A stretch of DNA of 64,000 nucleotides from Candidatus Dormiibacterota bacterium (GCA_003153505.1 PLZA01000074.1:35908-99907), one strand, 5' to 3'. Positions 27,516 through 36,866 are shown, counted from the first letter of the stretch. Made by a program: numbers and translations. The notes: generated from the sequence alone by a model not told the origin.

Positions 27516-28190
27516 GTGAGCCTCCTGACCATTGCGATATTGGGGGTGGCCGGATACGTGCTCGGGAGTCTCCCATGGGGATACTGGCTTTCGAGGTTCT
27601 TCACGGGCAAGGACATCCGCGAGGTTGGGAGCAGGGGGACCGGGGCCGCGAATGTCTGGCGGCATGCCGGCTTCAAGCTGTTCTTTGCGGTCGCCCTGCT
27701 CGACATCGGCAAGGGGTCGGCAGCGGCAGCTCTGGGTCTCGTGGTGGGAGGGCCTTCAGGCGCCGTGGTCGCCGGTACCGGAGCCCTGATCGGCCACTGG
27801 CGGCCCCTGTTCCTCGGCTTCCGGCGCGGCGGCAAGATCGTGGCGACGACGGTCGGTGTCGCCCTGGTGATCGCCCCGCTCGCCTCGGTTGTCATGGCGG
27901 TGCTCTGGTGGATGGTGCTGCTGGCCACCCGGTACACGTCGGTGGCGTCGGTCACCGCGTCAATCGCGCTTGCGCCGCTCGTGTTCGCCTTCGGCGGTAC
28001 CTGGGCTGAGGTGATCTTCACAGCCTGTGCGGCAGCGGCGATCGTCGTGCTCCATCGGGCGAATATCGAGCGGCTGTGGCGCGGGACCGAGAATCGCTTC
28101 AGCATCCGCCTCCCTCGACTGCACCGGCGCGGACCGTCGCCCGTCGCCGCGGCGACCGCCGGCACGGATCACACACCGCCCGCCGGCTGA
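27516..28190 (+). CDS. plsY: Glycerol-3-phosphate acyltransferase PlsY
   Basis: GSLPWGYWLSRFFTGKDIREVGSRGTGAANVWR matches the PlsY signature. Polytopic membrane protein. Confidence 0.9.
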   Translation: MSLLTIAILGVAGYVLGSLPWGYWLSRFFTGKDIREVGSRGTGAANVWRHAGFKLFFAVALLDIGKGSAAAALGLVVGGPSGAVVAGTGALIGHWRPLFLGFRRGGKIVATTVGVALVIAPLASVVMAVLWWMVLLATRYTSVASVTASIALAPLVFAFGGTWAEVIFTACAAAAIVVLHRANIERLWRGTENRFSIRLPRLHRRGPSPVAAATAGTDHTPPAG

Positions 28191-28194
28191 GGTT

Positions 28195-29226
28195 CTAGGC
28201 CGGGTCCGATGTGTCCGGGGTCGAGCCCGTAAACCCCGGGAGCGGGCGCGTGATCAGCCCCTGCTCGAGGTACCAGGCGATCGTCCGGCGCATGGTTGTC
28301 TCGATCGGTGTGTAGACGAGCCCGAGCTCGCGGGCCGGCTGGGTGCCGTCGTAGGGGGCACCCTCGACGAGCGTGCGGACCATCTCGCGGCAGAAACGCG
28401 TGTGCTTCCCGCGTGCCCGCGCAACCAGTTCGATCCCGCCCGCCGCGGCCAGGGCTACTCGCGGTGGGAGAAACCGCGGGGAGTCGGTCAGTCCGGTGAG
28501 GCGGGAGAGGAGCGCGAGCCCGCTGCGCAGGGTCATCGATGCCCCGCAGAGCAGGTAGCGCTCACCGGGAACTCCGCGCTCCTCGGCGAGCAGATGTCCG
28601 AGGGTGCAGTCGGCGATGTCGATGACGTTCAACGGACCGTTGACTGCGGCGGGGAGCTTGCCGTTGAGATAGCCGATCAGCAGTCGCGCCGTCCCGCTGG
28701 TCCGTCCTGGTCCCTGCACGGACGCCGGGTTGACGCACACGACGGCCACGCCGGTGCTCGCCGACGCTTCCAGGACCGCCTGCTCTGCCTCGTATTTCGA
28801 ACGGGCATAGTGCGAAAGAAAGCGCCGGGCACCCCGGTGCGCGTCGCCCGCTACGGCCGGGGTCACGTCGAGGGTTGCCGCCGACGACGTGTAGACGACC
28901 CTGGCCACGCCCGCGGCGGCGGCGGCGAGGACGACCGCCCGCGAACCGGCGATGTTGACGGCGAACATCGGACGGGGGTCGGGGACGCAGAACGCATTCA
29001 CCCCGGCCGCGTGGTAGACGACTTCGCACCCGGCGAAGCCGGCCTCCAGGGAGGCCCTGTCGCGCAGGTCGCCGCGCACCGGCTCCGCGCCCAGCGCCGC
29101 AAGCTGCTGGGCGGTCGCCTGCGATCGCGTCAGGACCCGCACCGAGCGTCCGCCGGCGATGAGCGCGGTCACGATCGCCCTCCCGAGGAAGCCGCTCGCG
29201 CCCGTGACGAATGCCTTGCCAGCCAT
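28195..29226 (-). CDS. NAD-dependent epimerase/dehydratase (extended SDR) family protein
   Basis: N-terminal FVTGASGFLGRAIV. YxxxK region HYARSKYEAE. Confidence 0.85.
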   Translation of the reverse strand: MAGKAFVTGASGFLGRAIVTALIAGGRSVRVLTRSQATAQQLAALGAEPVRGDLRDRASLEAGFAGCEVVYHAAGVNAFCVPDPRPMFAVNIAGSRAVVLAAAAAGVARVVYTSSAATLDVTPAVAGDAHRGARRFLSHYARSKYEAEQAVLEASASTGVAVVCVNPASVQGPGRTSGTARLLIGYLNGKLPAAVNGPLNVIDIADCTLGHLLAEERGVPGERYLLCGASMTLRSGLALLSRLTGLTDSPRFLPPRVALAAAGGIELVARARGKHTRFCREMVRTLVEGAPYDGTQPARELGLVYTPIETTMRRTIAWYLEQGLITRPLPGFTGSTPDTSDPA

Positions 29227-29318
29227 TCAGACGGAGCCTACGCTGTCGCCTCGTGGGGCCATCCCCCGGGAGCACAACGGACCTCAGGGCGCCGGCCGTG
29301 ACCATCCCGACAAACCCA

Positions 29319-29373
29319 TTGACATCACCCCAGGCATAAGAGTAATTTCCGACCAACGTTCGATAATGTCGAA
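29319..29373 (+). promoter_or_regulatory. Promoter candidate plus a small palindrome upstream of dhaK
   Basis: TTGACA (29319-29324), an 18-nt spacer, then TAATTT (29343-29348). TTCGA-TAATG-TCGAA follows (29359-29373), in an AT-rich stretch. Confidence 0.35.
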
Positions 29374-29391
29374 TAACAGGAGTGTCGAGCC

Positions 29392-30414
29392 ATGGCCACT
29401 GCCACCAGGCGCATGCGGAAGATCATCAACGAGCCGGACCAGGTGGTCAAAGAATCGCTCGCCGGCCTCGCCGCCTCGGTTCCGGACGTGCTCCGGTACG
29501 ACGTGGCGAATCAGATCCTGGTCCGCGCCGATGCGCCGGTCAAGGGAAAGGTCGCCATCATCTCCGGCGGTGGGTCGGGCCACGAGCCGCTGCACGGCGG
29601 CTTCGTCGGCAAGGGGATGCTCGACGCTGCCTGCCCAGGTGAGGTGTTCACGTCGCCGGTGCCGGACCAGATCCTCGCCGCAACCAAAGCCGTGGACGGC
29701 GGTGCGGGCGTCATCCACATCGTCAAGAACTACACCGGTGACGTTCTGAACTTCAAGATGGCCGCCGACGAGGCTGCCGACGACGGCATCAAGGTCGAAG
29801 CGATCGTCATCGACGACGACGTCGCCGTTCAGGACTCGTTGTACACGGCGGGGCGCCGAGGCGTCGGTGCGACCGTGATTGCCGAGAAGATGGGCGGTGC
29901 CGCCGCGGAGCGCGGAGATTCCCTCGAAGCCGTCGCCGGCGTCATCAAGCAGGTCAATGCGCGCGGTCGTTCGTTCGGCATCGCCCTGTCGTCATGCATC
30001 CCGCCAGCTTCTGGCAACGCCATCTTCGACCTGCCGGAGGGCGAGATGGAAGTCGGCATCGGCATCCACGGTGAGCCGGGCCGTCGTCGCGCTCCGCTCG
30101 GCAGCGCCGCCGAGATCGCGGACATCATGGTCGAGGCCGTGACCTCAGACCTTGCTGCCAAGTCTGGCTCAAACGTGCTGGCCTTCGTCAACGGCATGGG
30201 CGGCACACCACTGCTCGAGCTGTATCTCCTCTACGGAGAGGTCGAAAAGCGCCTGCGCGCCGCGGGTCTCACGCCGGTTCGAAACCTGGTGGGGAGCTAC
30301 ATCACATCGCTCGAGATGGCGGGAGCGTCGTTGACCGTGGTCGAGCTCGACGACAACCTCACCGCGCTGTGGGATGCACCCGTGCACACGGCCGCCCTGC
30401 GCTGGGGAGGCTGA
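29392..30414 (+). CDS. dhaK: Dihydroxyacetone kinase, DhaK subunit
   Basis: MRKIINEPDQVV..., ISGGGSGHEPLHGGFVGKGMLDAACPGEVFTSP. CAGGAG upstream of ATG 29392. Confidence 0.95.
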   Translation: MATATRRMRKIINEPDQVVKESLAGLAASVPDVLRYDVANQILVRADAPVKGKVAIISGGGSGHEPLHGGFVGKGMLDAACPGEVFTSPVPDQILAATKAVDGGAGVIHIVKNYTGDVLNFKMAADEAADDGIKVEAIVIDDDVAVQDSLYTAGRRGVGATVIAEKMGGAAAERGDSLEAVAGVIKQVNARGRSFGIALSSCIPPASGNAIFDLPEGEMEVGIGIHGEPGRRRAPLGSAAEIADIMVEAVTSDLAAKSGSNVLAFVNGMGGTPLLELYLLYGEVEKRLRAAGLTPVRNLVGSYITSLEMAGASLTVVELDDNLTALWDAPVHTAALRWGG

Positions 30415-30439
30415 TGCTATCGTGGCGGTCGCTATAGCA

Positions 30440-31072
30440 ATGGATGCGCAGACCGTCACCGCGTGGATGAATGAGATCGCCGCGTCCGTCCGCGCCGAGC
30501 GGGACTATCTGGTCCAGCTCGACGCGGCGATCGGCGACGGCGACCACGGCATCAACATGACCCGCGGGTTCGACGCCGTGACGCTGGCACTGAGCGCCGA
30601 GCCGGGCGGCACGCCCGGCAAGCTCCTGATCCTCTCCGGCAAGACGCTCGTCTCCACCGTTGGGGGCGCAAGCGGGCCACTCTGGGGGTCGGCGCTGCGT
30701 AAGGCGGGGCGTGCGCTCGGCGAGGGACCGACCTTCGACCTCGCCCAACTCGTCGATGCGATCGCCGCAGCGCTCGCGTCTGTTCAGGATCTGGGTGCAG
30801 CAGTGCCGGGGGACAAGACCATGGTCGACGCGCTCGAGCCGGCGGTCACGGCGATGCGGGAAGGGCTGGCGCGGGGAGCGTCGAGCGGGGAGATGCTGCG
30901 CTCCGCCTCCGAGGCCGCCGAGGCGGGCATGCGCGCGACCATTCCGATGCAGGCACGCAAGGGGCGCGCGTCCTACCTTGGCGAACGCTCGATCGGCCAT
31001 CAGGATCCGGGAGCGACGTCGACCGCAATGATCATCCGCGCCCTGGAACGGACGGTCGCGAGCAGTCCTTAG
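30440..31072 (+). CDS. dhaL: Dihydroxyacetone kinase, ADP-binding DhaL subunit
   Basis: LDAAIGDGDHGINMTRGF motif. Trimmed to ATG 30440. Confidence 0.9.
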   Translation: MDAQTVTAWMNEIAASVRAERDYLVQLDAAIGDGDHGINMTRGFDAVTLALSAEPGGTPGKLLILSGKTLVSTVGGASGPLWGSALRKAGRALGEGPTFDLAQLVDAIAAALASVQDLGAAVPGDKTMVDALEPAVTAMREGLARGASSGEMLRSASEAAEAGMRATIPMQARKGRASYLGERSIGHQDPGATSTAMIIRALERTVASSP

Positions 31073-32761
31073 ATGACCGAGCGAGTGCTCTCTGGCGTTT
31101 CGGCGTCACCGAGGACCGCTATCGGAGAGGTGCGACGCCTCGACGCCGGCGGGGAGATGGATGCCCGCGTTCTTGACGATGGCGATCGTCCAGCCGCGGC
31201 GGCTCATGCGCTCGACGCACTTGCCCGCTCGGCCCACGAGCTCGAGGATCTCGCCGTGCGGCTTCGAGCAGACGGCCGCATCGGCGAGGCGGACATCCTT
31301 GACGCCGGGATGATGATGGCCGAGGATCCGGTGCTTCTCGAGGCGGTCGAATCCGCTGTGCTGTCGCGGGGCCTCCTGGCGGCGACCGCGATACGGGTTG
31401 AGGTCGAGGCGTTCGCCGCGCAACTCGACCTGCTCGGCGATCCGGAGCTGGCAGCACGGGCGGCCGATGTCCGGAGCCTGGCTCGGCGGGCGTCGAGGCT
31501 CGCCTCCGGGGCCACCGAACGGTCAGACGGGAGCTCGGATGGGAGCGTAATCCTCGTCGCGGCGGACCTCGGTCCGGCGGACGTCATCGAGCTCGACGGT
31601 GACGTCGGAGGGATCGCTCTCGCTGCCGGGGCGACGACCGGCCACGCAGCCATCGTTGCCCGCGGGCTGGGGCTGCCGATGGTCGTCGGTCTGGGCGCGG
31701 ATCTCCTCTCCCTGGCGGAGGGGGAGCTGTGCATCCTCGACGGCGATCAAAGCGTGCTCATCGCGTCACCCGATCCAGGGCGGGTGAGCACAGTTCGCCG
31801 CGCGATGGTGGCGGCTCGCGAGTCCCGAGCTCGGAGCATGGCGGCTCGCGCCCTCCCCACGGTGACGCGCGACGGCCGCGCGGTCCGCGTCCTCGCGAAC
31901 GCCGCCACCCCTCAGGAGGTGCGCGCCGCCCTGGAGGCGGGTGCGGATGGCGTCGGCCTGCTGCGCACCGAGTTCGCATTTCTCGAGGCGCACCACTGGC
32001 CGACCGTAGCCGAGCACCGCCGCATGCTCAGCCCGGTTCTGACCCAGCTGAAAGGGATGACGGCAACGGTTCGCCTCCTCGATTTCGGAGGCGACAAGAC
32101 ACCACCCTTTCTTAAAGGAGTCTCGGGACGCGGCGTCGAGCTCCTCCTCGAGGATCCAGAAGCGCTTTCCTGGCAACTCGCGGCGATCCTGGAGACTGGC
32201 GACGCGACCGAGCTACGCGTCCTGATCCCGATGGTGACCGAGCCCAGCCAGGTGCGCGCGGTCCGAGCGGCCATCGAGCCGATCGCCGCAAGGCAGGGAA
32301 ATCGGGTGCCGATCATCGCGTCGATGGTCGAGGTTCCTGCGGCGGCCGTCATGGCTGATCGCATCGCTCCCGAGGTGGCGCTGTTCAGCATCGGGACCAA
32401 CGATCTGACGACGTTCCAGCTCGGCATCGATCGGGCCCGGCCGGGGGGCAATCCGACCCACCACCCGGCAGTGCTCCAGCTGATCGCCGACACCGTGGAC
32501 GCAGCCCGCGCCGCCGGCATCACCGTCGAGGTCTGCGGGGAGGCGGCCTCGAACCCGCTGGTCATGCCACTCCTCGTGGGCCTGGGGGTGGACGAGCTCA
32601 GTGTCGGCGCCGCGAGGGTTGCCCAGGTGCGGACCTGGGTGCGAGCGCTGGACTACAGCGAATCCGCTCGCATCGCGCGCCGCGCGCTCAACTCCGAGTC
32701 TGTCGCTGAGGTGGAGTCGCTGGCTCGCCCGCTGCGCGTGCTACTCGACGACGCCGGCTAG
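31073..32761 (+). CDS. ptsI: Phosphoenolpyruvate-protein phosphotransferase (PTS enzyme I)
   Basis: The ATG immediately follows the dhaL stop (TAG ATG). Phospho-His region GATTGHAAIVARGLGLPMVVG, plus LRTEFAFL and FSIGTNDLTTFQLG. Confidence 0.9.
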   Translation: MTERVLSGVSASPRTAIGEVRRLDAGGEMDARVLDDGDRPAAAAHALDALARSAHELEDLAVRLRADGRIGEADILDAGMMMAEDPVLLEAVESAVLSRGLLAATAIRVEVEAFAAQLDLLGDPELAARAADVRSLARRASRLASGATERSDGSSDGSVILVAADLGPADVIELDGDVGGIALAAGATTGHAAIVARGLGLPMVVGLGADLLSLAEGELCILDGDQSVLIASPDPGRVSTVRRAMVAARESRARSMAARALPTVTRDGRAVRVLANAATPQEVRAALEAGADGVGLLRTEFAFLEAHHWPTVAEHRRMLSPVLTQLKGMTATVRLLDFGGDKTPPFLKGVSGRGVELLLEDPEALSWQLAAILETGDATELRVLIPMVTEPSQVRAVRAAIEPIAARQGNRVPIIASMVEVPAAAVMADRIAPEVALFSIGTNDLTTFQLGIDRARPGGNPTHHPAVLQLIADTVDAARAAGITVEVCGEAASNPLVMPLLVGLGVDELSVGAARVAQVRTWVRALDYSESARIARRALNSESVAEVESLARPLRVLLDDAG

Positions 32762-32986
32762 GCACTCCGCGAGCGCGTCGAGCGCGGCGGCGGCATCATC
32801 ACCGTCGGCGCGCACGTACAGCGCTGTGCCCGCAGTCGCACCGAGGCCGAGGACGCTGAGAATGCTCTTGGCGTCGGCTTCCCGCCCGTTTGCCGCGACC
32901 ACGATCTTCGAGCGAAATCGCATCGCGGCGCGGACGAACAGTGCCGCGGGACGAGCGTGGAGTGCCACGCCCTCGGGAAGCGTCAT
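32741..32986 (-). CDS. ptsH: HPr-family phosphocarrier protein
   Basis: MTLPEGVALHARPAALFV (His-15 motif). Trimmed to ATG 32986, with GAGG upstream. Its 3-prime end overlaps ptsI convergently. Confidence 0.85.
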   Translation of the reverse strand: MTLPEGVALHARPAALFVRAAMRFRSKIVVAANGREADAKSILSVLGLGATAGTALYVRADGDDAAAALDALAECLAGVVE

Positions 32987-32993
32987 GGTTGCC

Positions 32994-33398
32994 TCAGAGC
33001 TTGCGAGCATCGCGCGCCTCCTCAGCCGCGCGCGCAACCTCATCGAGCGTCGCACCCGACGACGCAATCACCGCGGCTGCGACGGCACCCTCAACGAAGG
33101 GGGCATCGACCAGACGGATGTGTCCGTTGCCGTTTCCGTCGAGCACATCGCGGACCGTGAGGATCGCGCTCCCGAGGTCGCAGAGCAGCAGCACGCCATC
33201 GCCCTGGTCGGCACGCTCGATCGCCGTTCGCACGAGGATGTCAGAGGTGCCGAGGCCACCCTCATGGTCACCGCCGGCCGGCTCGATGTGCACGTCCGGC
33301 CCCGCCATCTGACCGGCGAGAAGGGTCAACCCCGCAGCCAACTGGGGGCTATGTGAGACCAGTACGATCCCGACGGCCACGACTTCCCTCGCTGTCAC
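32994..33398 (-). CDS. dhaM: PTS-dependent dihydroxyacetone kinase phosphotransferase subunit DhaM (EIIA-mannose-type domain only)
   Basis: VGIVLVSHSPQLAAG (phospho-His), LLLCDLGSA. 134 aa. Confidence 0.85.
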   Translation of the reverse strand: MTAREVVAVGIVLVSHSPQLAAGLTLLAGQMAGPDVHIEPAGGDHEGGLGTSDILVRTAIERADQGDGVLLLCDLGSAILTVRDVLDGNGNGHIRLVDAPFVEGAVAAAVIASSGATLDEVARAAEEARDARKL

Positions 33399-33449
33399 GC
33401 GGTCGGTTCAGAATTCCGACTAGTCTACATCCTCGACCATAATTCAGCA

Positions 33450-34238
33450 ATGCCGAATAGCCGGCGACCGACCAGCATCCAATCCGTCGATCGCGCTGCC
33501 GCAATTCTCAAGGCGCTCGCGGGCGGCCCGGGGAGGCTGGGTGTCAGCGAGCTCGCCGACAGGCTTGGGCTCGCGCGTCCGACCGTGCACGGCCTGCTGC
33601 AGACGCTGCTTGCTCAGGGATTCGTCGAGCAGGACCGCGTTTCCGAAAAATACCAACTGGGTGCGGGCCTGCTCCAGCTCGGGTACTCGTACCTCGACGT
33701 CAACGAGTTGCGCTCGCGCTCGATCACCTACGCTGCCCAGCTTGCGGTGCGCACCCGATCCGCGGTTCGGGTCGGTGTCATGCACGGACCGAGCGCGGTG
33801 GTCGTACACCACGTTTTCCGTCCCGACGCGACGTTGCAGATCCTCGAGGTCGGCTCGCAGCTCCCGCTGCACGCCAGCGCCCTCGGCAAGGCGTTACTCG
33901 CCTTCGCGCCAGGCGACATCATCGAAAACCTGCTGGCCGCGCCATTGGAGCGATTGACAAAACGCACATCCAACGCCGCAGCGCTGCGCATCCAGCTCAA
34001 CACCATCCGTCTCCAGGCAATCGCCACCGAGCGCGACGAGGCAGTTCTCGGCGAATCCAGCCTCGCCGCACCAATCTTCGATCGTGACAACCAAGCAGTC
34101 GGCGCCATCGCCGTCGTGGGAGACACCGAGCGCGTGTTTCCTCGGGGACCGGCTCGTGGACTCTCGACTGCAGTGGTCGAGGCCGCGCGGGGCATCTCGC
34201 GGGAGCTCGGTGCCGCGCGCTGGCCGTTTGCGGGCTAG
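33450..34238 (+). CDS. IclR-family transcriptional regulator (paralog of 24446..25228)
   Basis: IQSVDRAAAILKAL...LGVSELADRLGLARPTVHGLLQTLLAQGFVEQD. Clearly alignable along its whole length with the first IclR protein. Confidence 0.9.
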   Translation: MPNSRRPTSIQSVDRAAAILKALAGGPGRLGVSELADRLGLARPTVHGLLQTLLAQGFVEQDRVSEKYQLGAGLLQLGYSYLDVNELRSRSITYAAQLAVRTRSAVRVGVMHGPSAVVVHHVFRPDATLQILEVGSQLPLHASALGKALLAFAPGDIIENLLAAPLERLTKRTSNAAALRIQLNTIRLQAIATERDEAVLGESSLAAPIFDRDNQAVGAIAVVGDTERVFPRGPARGLSTAVVEAARGISRELGAARWPFAG

Positions 34239-34300
34239 CGCGACGCTGCCACGGGCTATGCTCTGGCCATCGATGGGCGCGCGGAGCCGGAGGAGGTCTC

Positions 34301-34651
34301 GTGGCAGCGATCAGAGTCGTGGGGTCGATCCGAGACTGGTTCAACGCACGTGATGTCCGGCGTATGGTTCGCCGGCGGGCTTTTCCCGAGATCATGGCGC
34401 GCCACTACTTCGACCAGGCGGAGTACGGCAGGGACGAAGCGGGCCTCCAGTCAATCGGCTACATGGCAGTTGCCAGGGACATCACGCCGACACATGTCGG
34501 CGTCACCCTTCCCGCAGCCTCCAACGGCGCGAGCGGCCACCTCGATCGCAGGATCCAGCGTCGAGTCGCCTCGATCCATGTCCTCTACCGGCGCAGGCCC
34601 GCCACCACAGCGGTGGGCGCTTCCGGTGTCGCCGGCGACGCCGATGCGTGA
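34301..34651 (+). CDS. Hypothetical protein (116 aa)
   Basis: The only frame in the 34239-34687 gap with coding-like third-position G+C. No family recognised. Confidence 0.35.
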   Translation: MAAIRVVGSIRDWFNARDVRRMVRRRAFPEIMARHYFDQAEYGRDEAGLQSIGYMAVARDITPTHVGVTLPAASNGASGHLDRRIQRRVASIHVLYRRRPATTAVGASGVAGDADA

Positions 34652-34687
34652 GCGCCCTCGAGAGCGCACCACCAGCGAGGTTTCGCC

Positions 34688-35383
34688 GTGATCATCGTTG
34701 AAGGCAAGCAGGTGCTCACCGAGCTGGCCGAGCTCGTCGATCCCGCACACACGGCGTTGCTGCTCATCGACATGCAACGTGATTTCGTCGAGCCGGACGG
34801 GCTGTTCGGAGAACTGGACGTCGATCTGTCCATGTATCGCGAATCGCGACCGAGACTTGCGAGCCTGCTCACGACCGCACGTCGAACCTCAGTCCTGGTC
34901 GTCCACGTGCAGAACACCACGCTGCCCGGTCGACTGAGCGACTCACCGGCGCAGATCCGCTTCAACCTCCGCACGCACGCAGGGAAACGCCGCGACGCCG
35001 CTCCCCTGCGCTATACCATCCCGGGAACCCCGGGGTACGACTTCGTCGAAGAGCTCGCGCCTTCTGCCGGCGAATTGGTCGTTGGTAAGCATCGCTCGAG
35101 CGCCTTCTGGGGCACCGACCTCGAATTGCTGCTCCGCAGCAACGGAATCAAGACCGTCGTGATTGGAGGCTGCACCACCGAGGGCTGCGTCGAGTCGACG
35201 GCACGCGACGCGATGTTCAACGATCTCTACGTCGTCATCGCGCCCGATTGCGTCGCGAGTGACGACCGCGAACAGCATGACGCGTCGCTGCTGCTGATGG
35301 CTCATCGCTTCGACATGGCCACCGCTGACGAGATCTCGAACGTATGGGTCTCCGCCCGTCAACCAGACCTCGCGAGAAGCTGA
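34688..35383 (+). CDS. Isochorismatase-family cysteine hydrolase
   Basis: DPAHTALLLIDMQRDF, KHRSSAFWGTDLELLL, VIGGCTTEGCVESTARDA (catalytic Cys context). Confidence 0.85.
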   Translation: MIIVEGKQVLTELAELVDPAHTALLLIDMQRDFVEPDGLFGELDVDLSMYRESRPRLASLLTTARRTSVLVVHVQNTTLPGRLSDSPAQIRFNLRTHAGKRRDAAPLRYTIPGTPGYDFVEELAPSAGELVVGKHRSSAFWGTDLELLLRSNGIKTVVIGGCTTEGCVESTARDAMFNDLYVVIAPDCVASDDREQHDASLLLMAHRFDMATADEISNVWVSARQPDLARS

Positions 35384-35420
35384 CCTTCCACGTCCGAACC
35401 CGCTTCGCCCCGGAGTCCTC

Positions 35421-36674
35421 ATGGTCATCGCCGATGTCGTCGCAGTCCCGGTTCGTTCGGGATTCTTTGCCGACGACCAGGCAGCGATCCGCGGGGGTGC
35501 CGCTCACGACGGGTTCACATACAGCGGAACTCCCGCAACGGCCGGCTTTCGGGCGATCCGCCAACCTGGCGAGGCGGTCTCGGTGTTGCTCGTGCTCGAT
35601 GATGGACAGGTGGCTCAGGGCGATTGCGCTGCCGTCCAGTATTCGGGAGTCGGGGGACGCGGAGGAGTCTTCGAGGCACATGCGGCCGCCGAGACCATCG
35701 ATCGTCACGTGGGCCCCTGGCTGTGTGGCCGGCCGGTCACCAGGTTCCGTGAGATGGCGCGCGAGGTCGAGGGTCTCACCGTTGAGGGCCGGCCGCTTCA
35801 TGCCGCCATCAGGTACGGGGTGACGCAGGCGCTTCTCGACGCCGTCGCGCGGACGCAGCGCGTGACCATGGCAGAGGTGGTGCGCGACGAATATGAGACA
35901 GGGATTGCGATCCGGACGGTTCCGCTGTTCGTGCAATCCGGTGACGACCGGCATACCAACGTTGACAAGATGGTGCTCAAGGAGGCGGACGTCCTCCCGC
36001 ACGGGCTCATCAATGCGGTCGACACCAAGCTCGGCCGTGATGGTGAACTGCTGCTCGCGTATGTCGCGTGGGTTCGGGGGCGGATCATGAGTCTGCGTTC
36101 GCGCCCCGAGTACTCACCACGCCTGCATTTCGATGTCTACGGAACCATCGGCATCGCCTTTGATCACGACGTCGATCGGGTTGCCGAGTACCTCGAGCGC
36201 CTCGGCGCCGTCGCGGCGCCGTTTGGTGTCTGCGTCGAGCACGTCATCGACGGCGGCAGTCGATCAGAGCAGATCCGTATCTCCGCGGCGCTGCGCAGCG
36301 CACTCCGTGAGCGCGGCAGCGCCGTGCAGATAGCAGTCGACGAGTGGTGCAACACCCTTGAGGACATCGAGCTCTTCGTCGCGGCCGAAGCGGCTGACGT
36401 CATCCACGTCAAGACCCCCGATCTGGGGGGCATCAACAACACCATCGAAGCCCTCCTGCTCGTCGCCCGGTCCGGGCTGTCGGCCTATTGCGGGGGCAGC
36501 TGCAACGAGACAGACAGGTCGGCCCAGGTGTCGGCACACATTGCCATGGCGTGTGGCGCGGCGCAGGTCCTCGCCAAGCCCGGAATGGGCGTTGACGAGG
36601 GGATGATGATCGTGGGCAACGAGATGGCTCGTACGGCCGCGCTGATCGCCAATCGCCCGCCTATCCCGGGTTGA
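35421..36674 (+). CDS. 3-Methylaspartate ammonia-lyase
   Basis: Collinear with clostridial MAL as I remember it: GFFADDQAAI, HDGFTYSG, VLLVLDDGQVAQGDCAAVQYSG, FVQSGDDRHTNVDKMVLKEADVLPHGLIN, DEWCNT, VKTPDLGGINN, YCGGSCNETDRSAQV, AKPGMGVDEGMMIV. Confidence 0.92.
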   Translation: MVIADVVAVPVRSGFFADDQAAIRGGAAHDGFTYSGTPATAGFRAIRQPGEAVSVLLVLDDGQVAQGDCAAVQYSGVGGRGGVFEAHAAAETIDRHVGPWLCGRPVTRFREMAREVEGLTVEGRPLHAAIRYGVTQALLDAVARTQRVTMAEVVRDEYETGIAIRTVPLFVQSGDDRHTNVDKMVLKEADVLPHGLINAVDTKLGRDGELLLAYVAWVRGRIMSLRSRPEYSPRLHFDVYGTIGIAFDHDVDRVAEYLERLGAVAAPFGVCVEHVIDGGSRSEQIRISAALRSALRERGSAVQIAVDEWCNTLEDIELFVAAEAADVIHVKTPDLGGINNTIEALLLVARSGLSAYCGGSCNETDRSAQVSAHIAMACGAAQVLAKPGMGVDEGMMIVGNEMARTAALIANRPPIPG

Positions 36675-36866
36675 GGCCGTGCCCCGCTTTCGAGTGAACA
36701 CTGCACAATCGACGGTCAAGGTCGGCCTCCGTGTCAACCTGCCCATGGCAAAGCGCTCGACGGCGACGGCCACTATCGCGCCTCGGCGCAGCTCACGATG
36801 CTGTGGACGTCCAGGTGCATATCGTGGCGAAGCGGCAGCGGGAGCGATAACCATCAGGAGGAGTGG

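Noticed and set aside
36675-36855. Possible metal (Ni/Co) or other riboswitch in the 240-nt region before the hyp operon; long-range dyad GAGGCCG (36673-36679) / CGGCCTC (36723-36729)
   Set aside because: I cannot match any riboswitch consensus by eye. The dyad directly follows the MAL stop and is more simply a transcript-end hairpin. A covariance-model scan (Rfam) would be needed.
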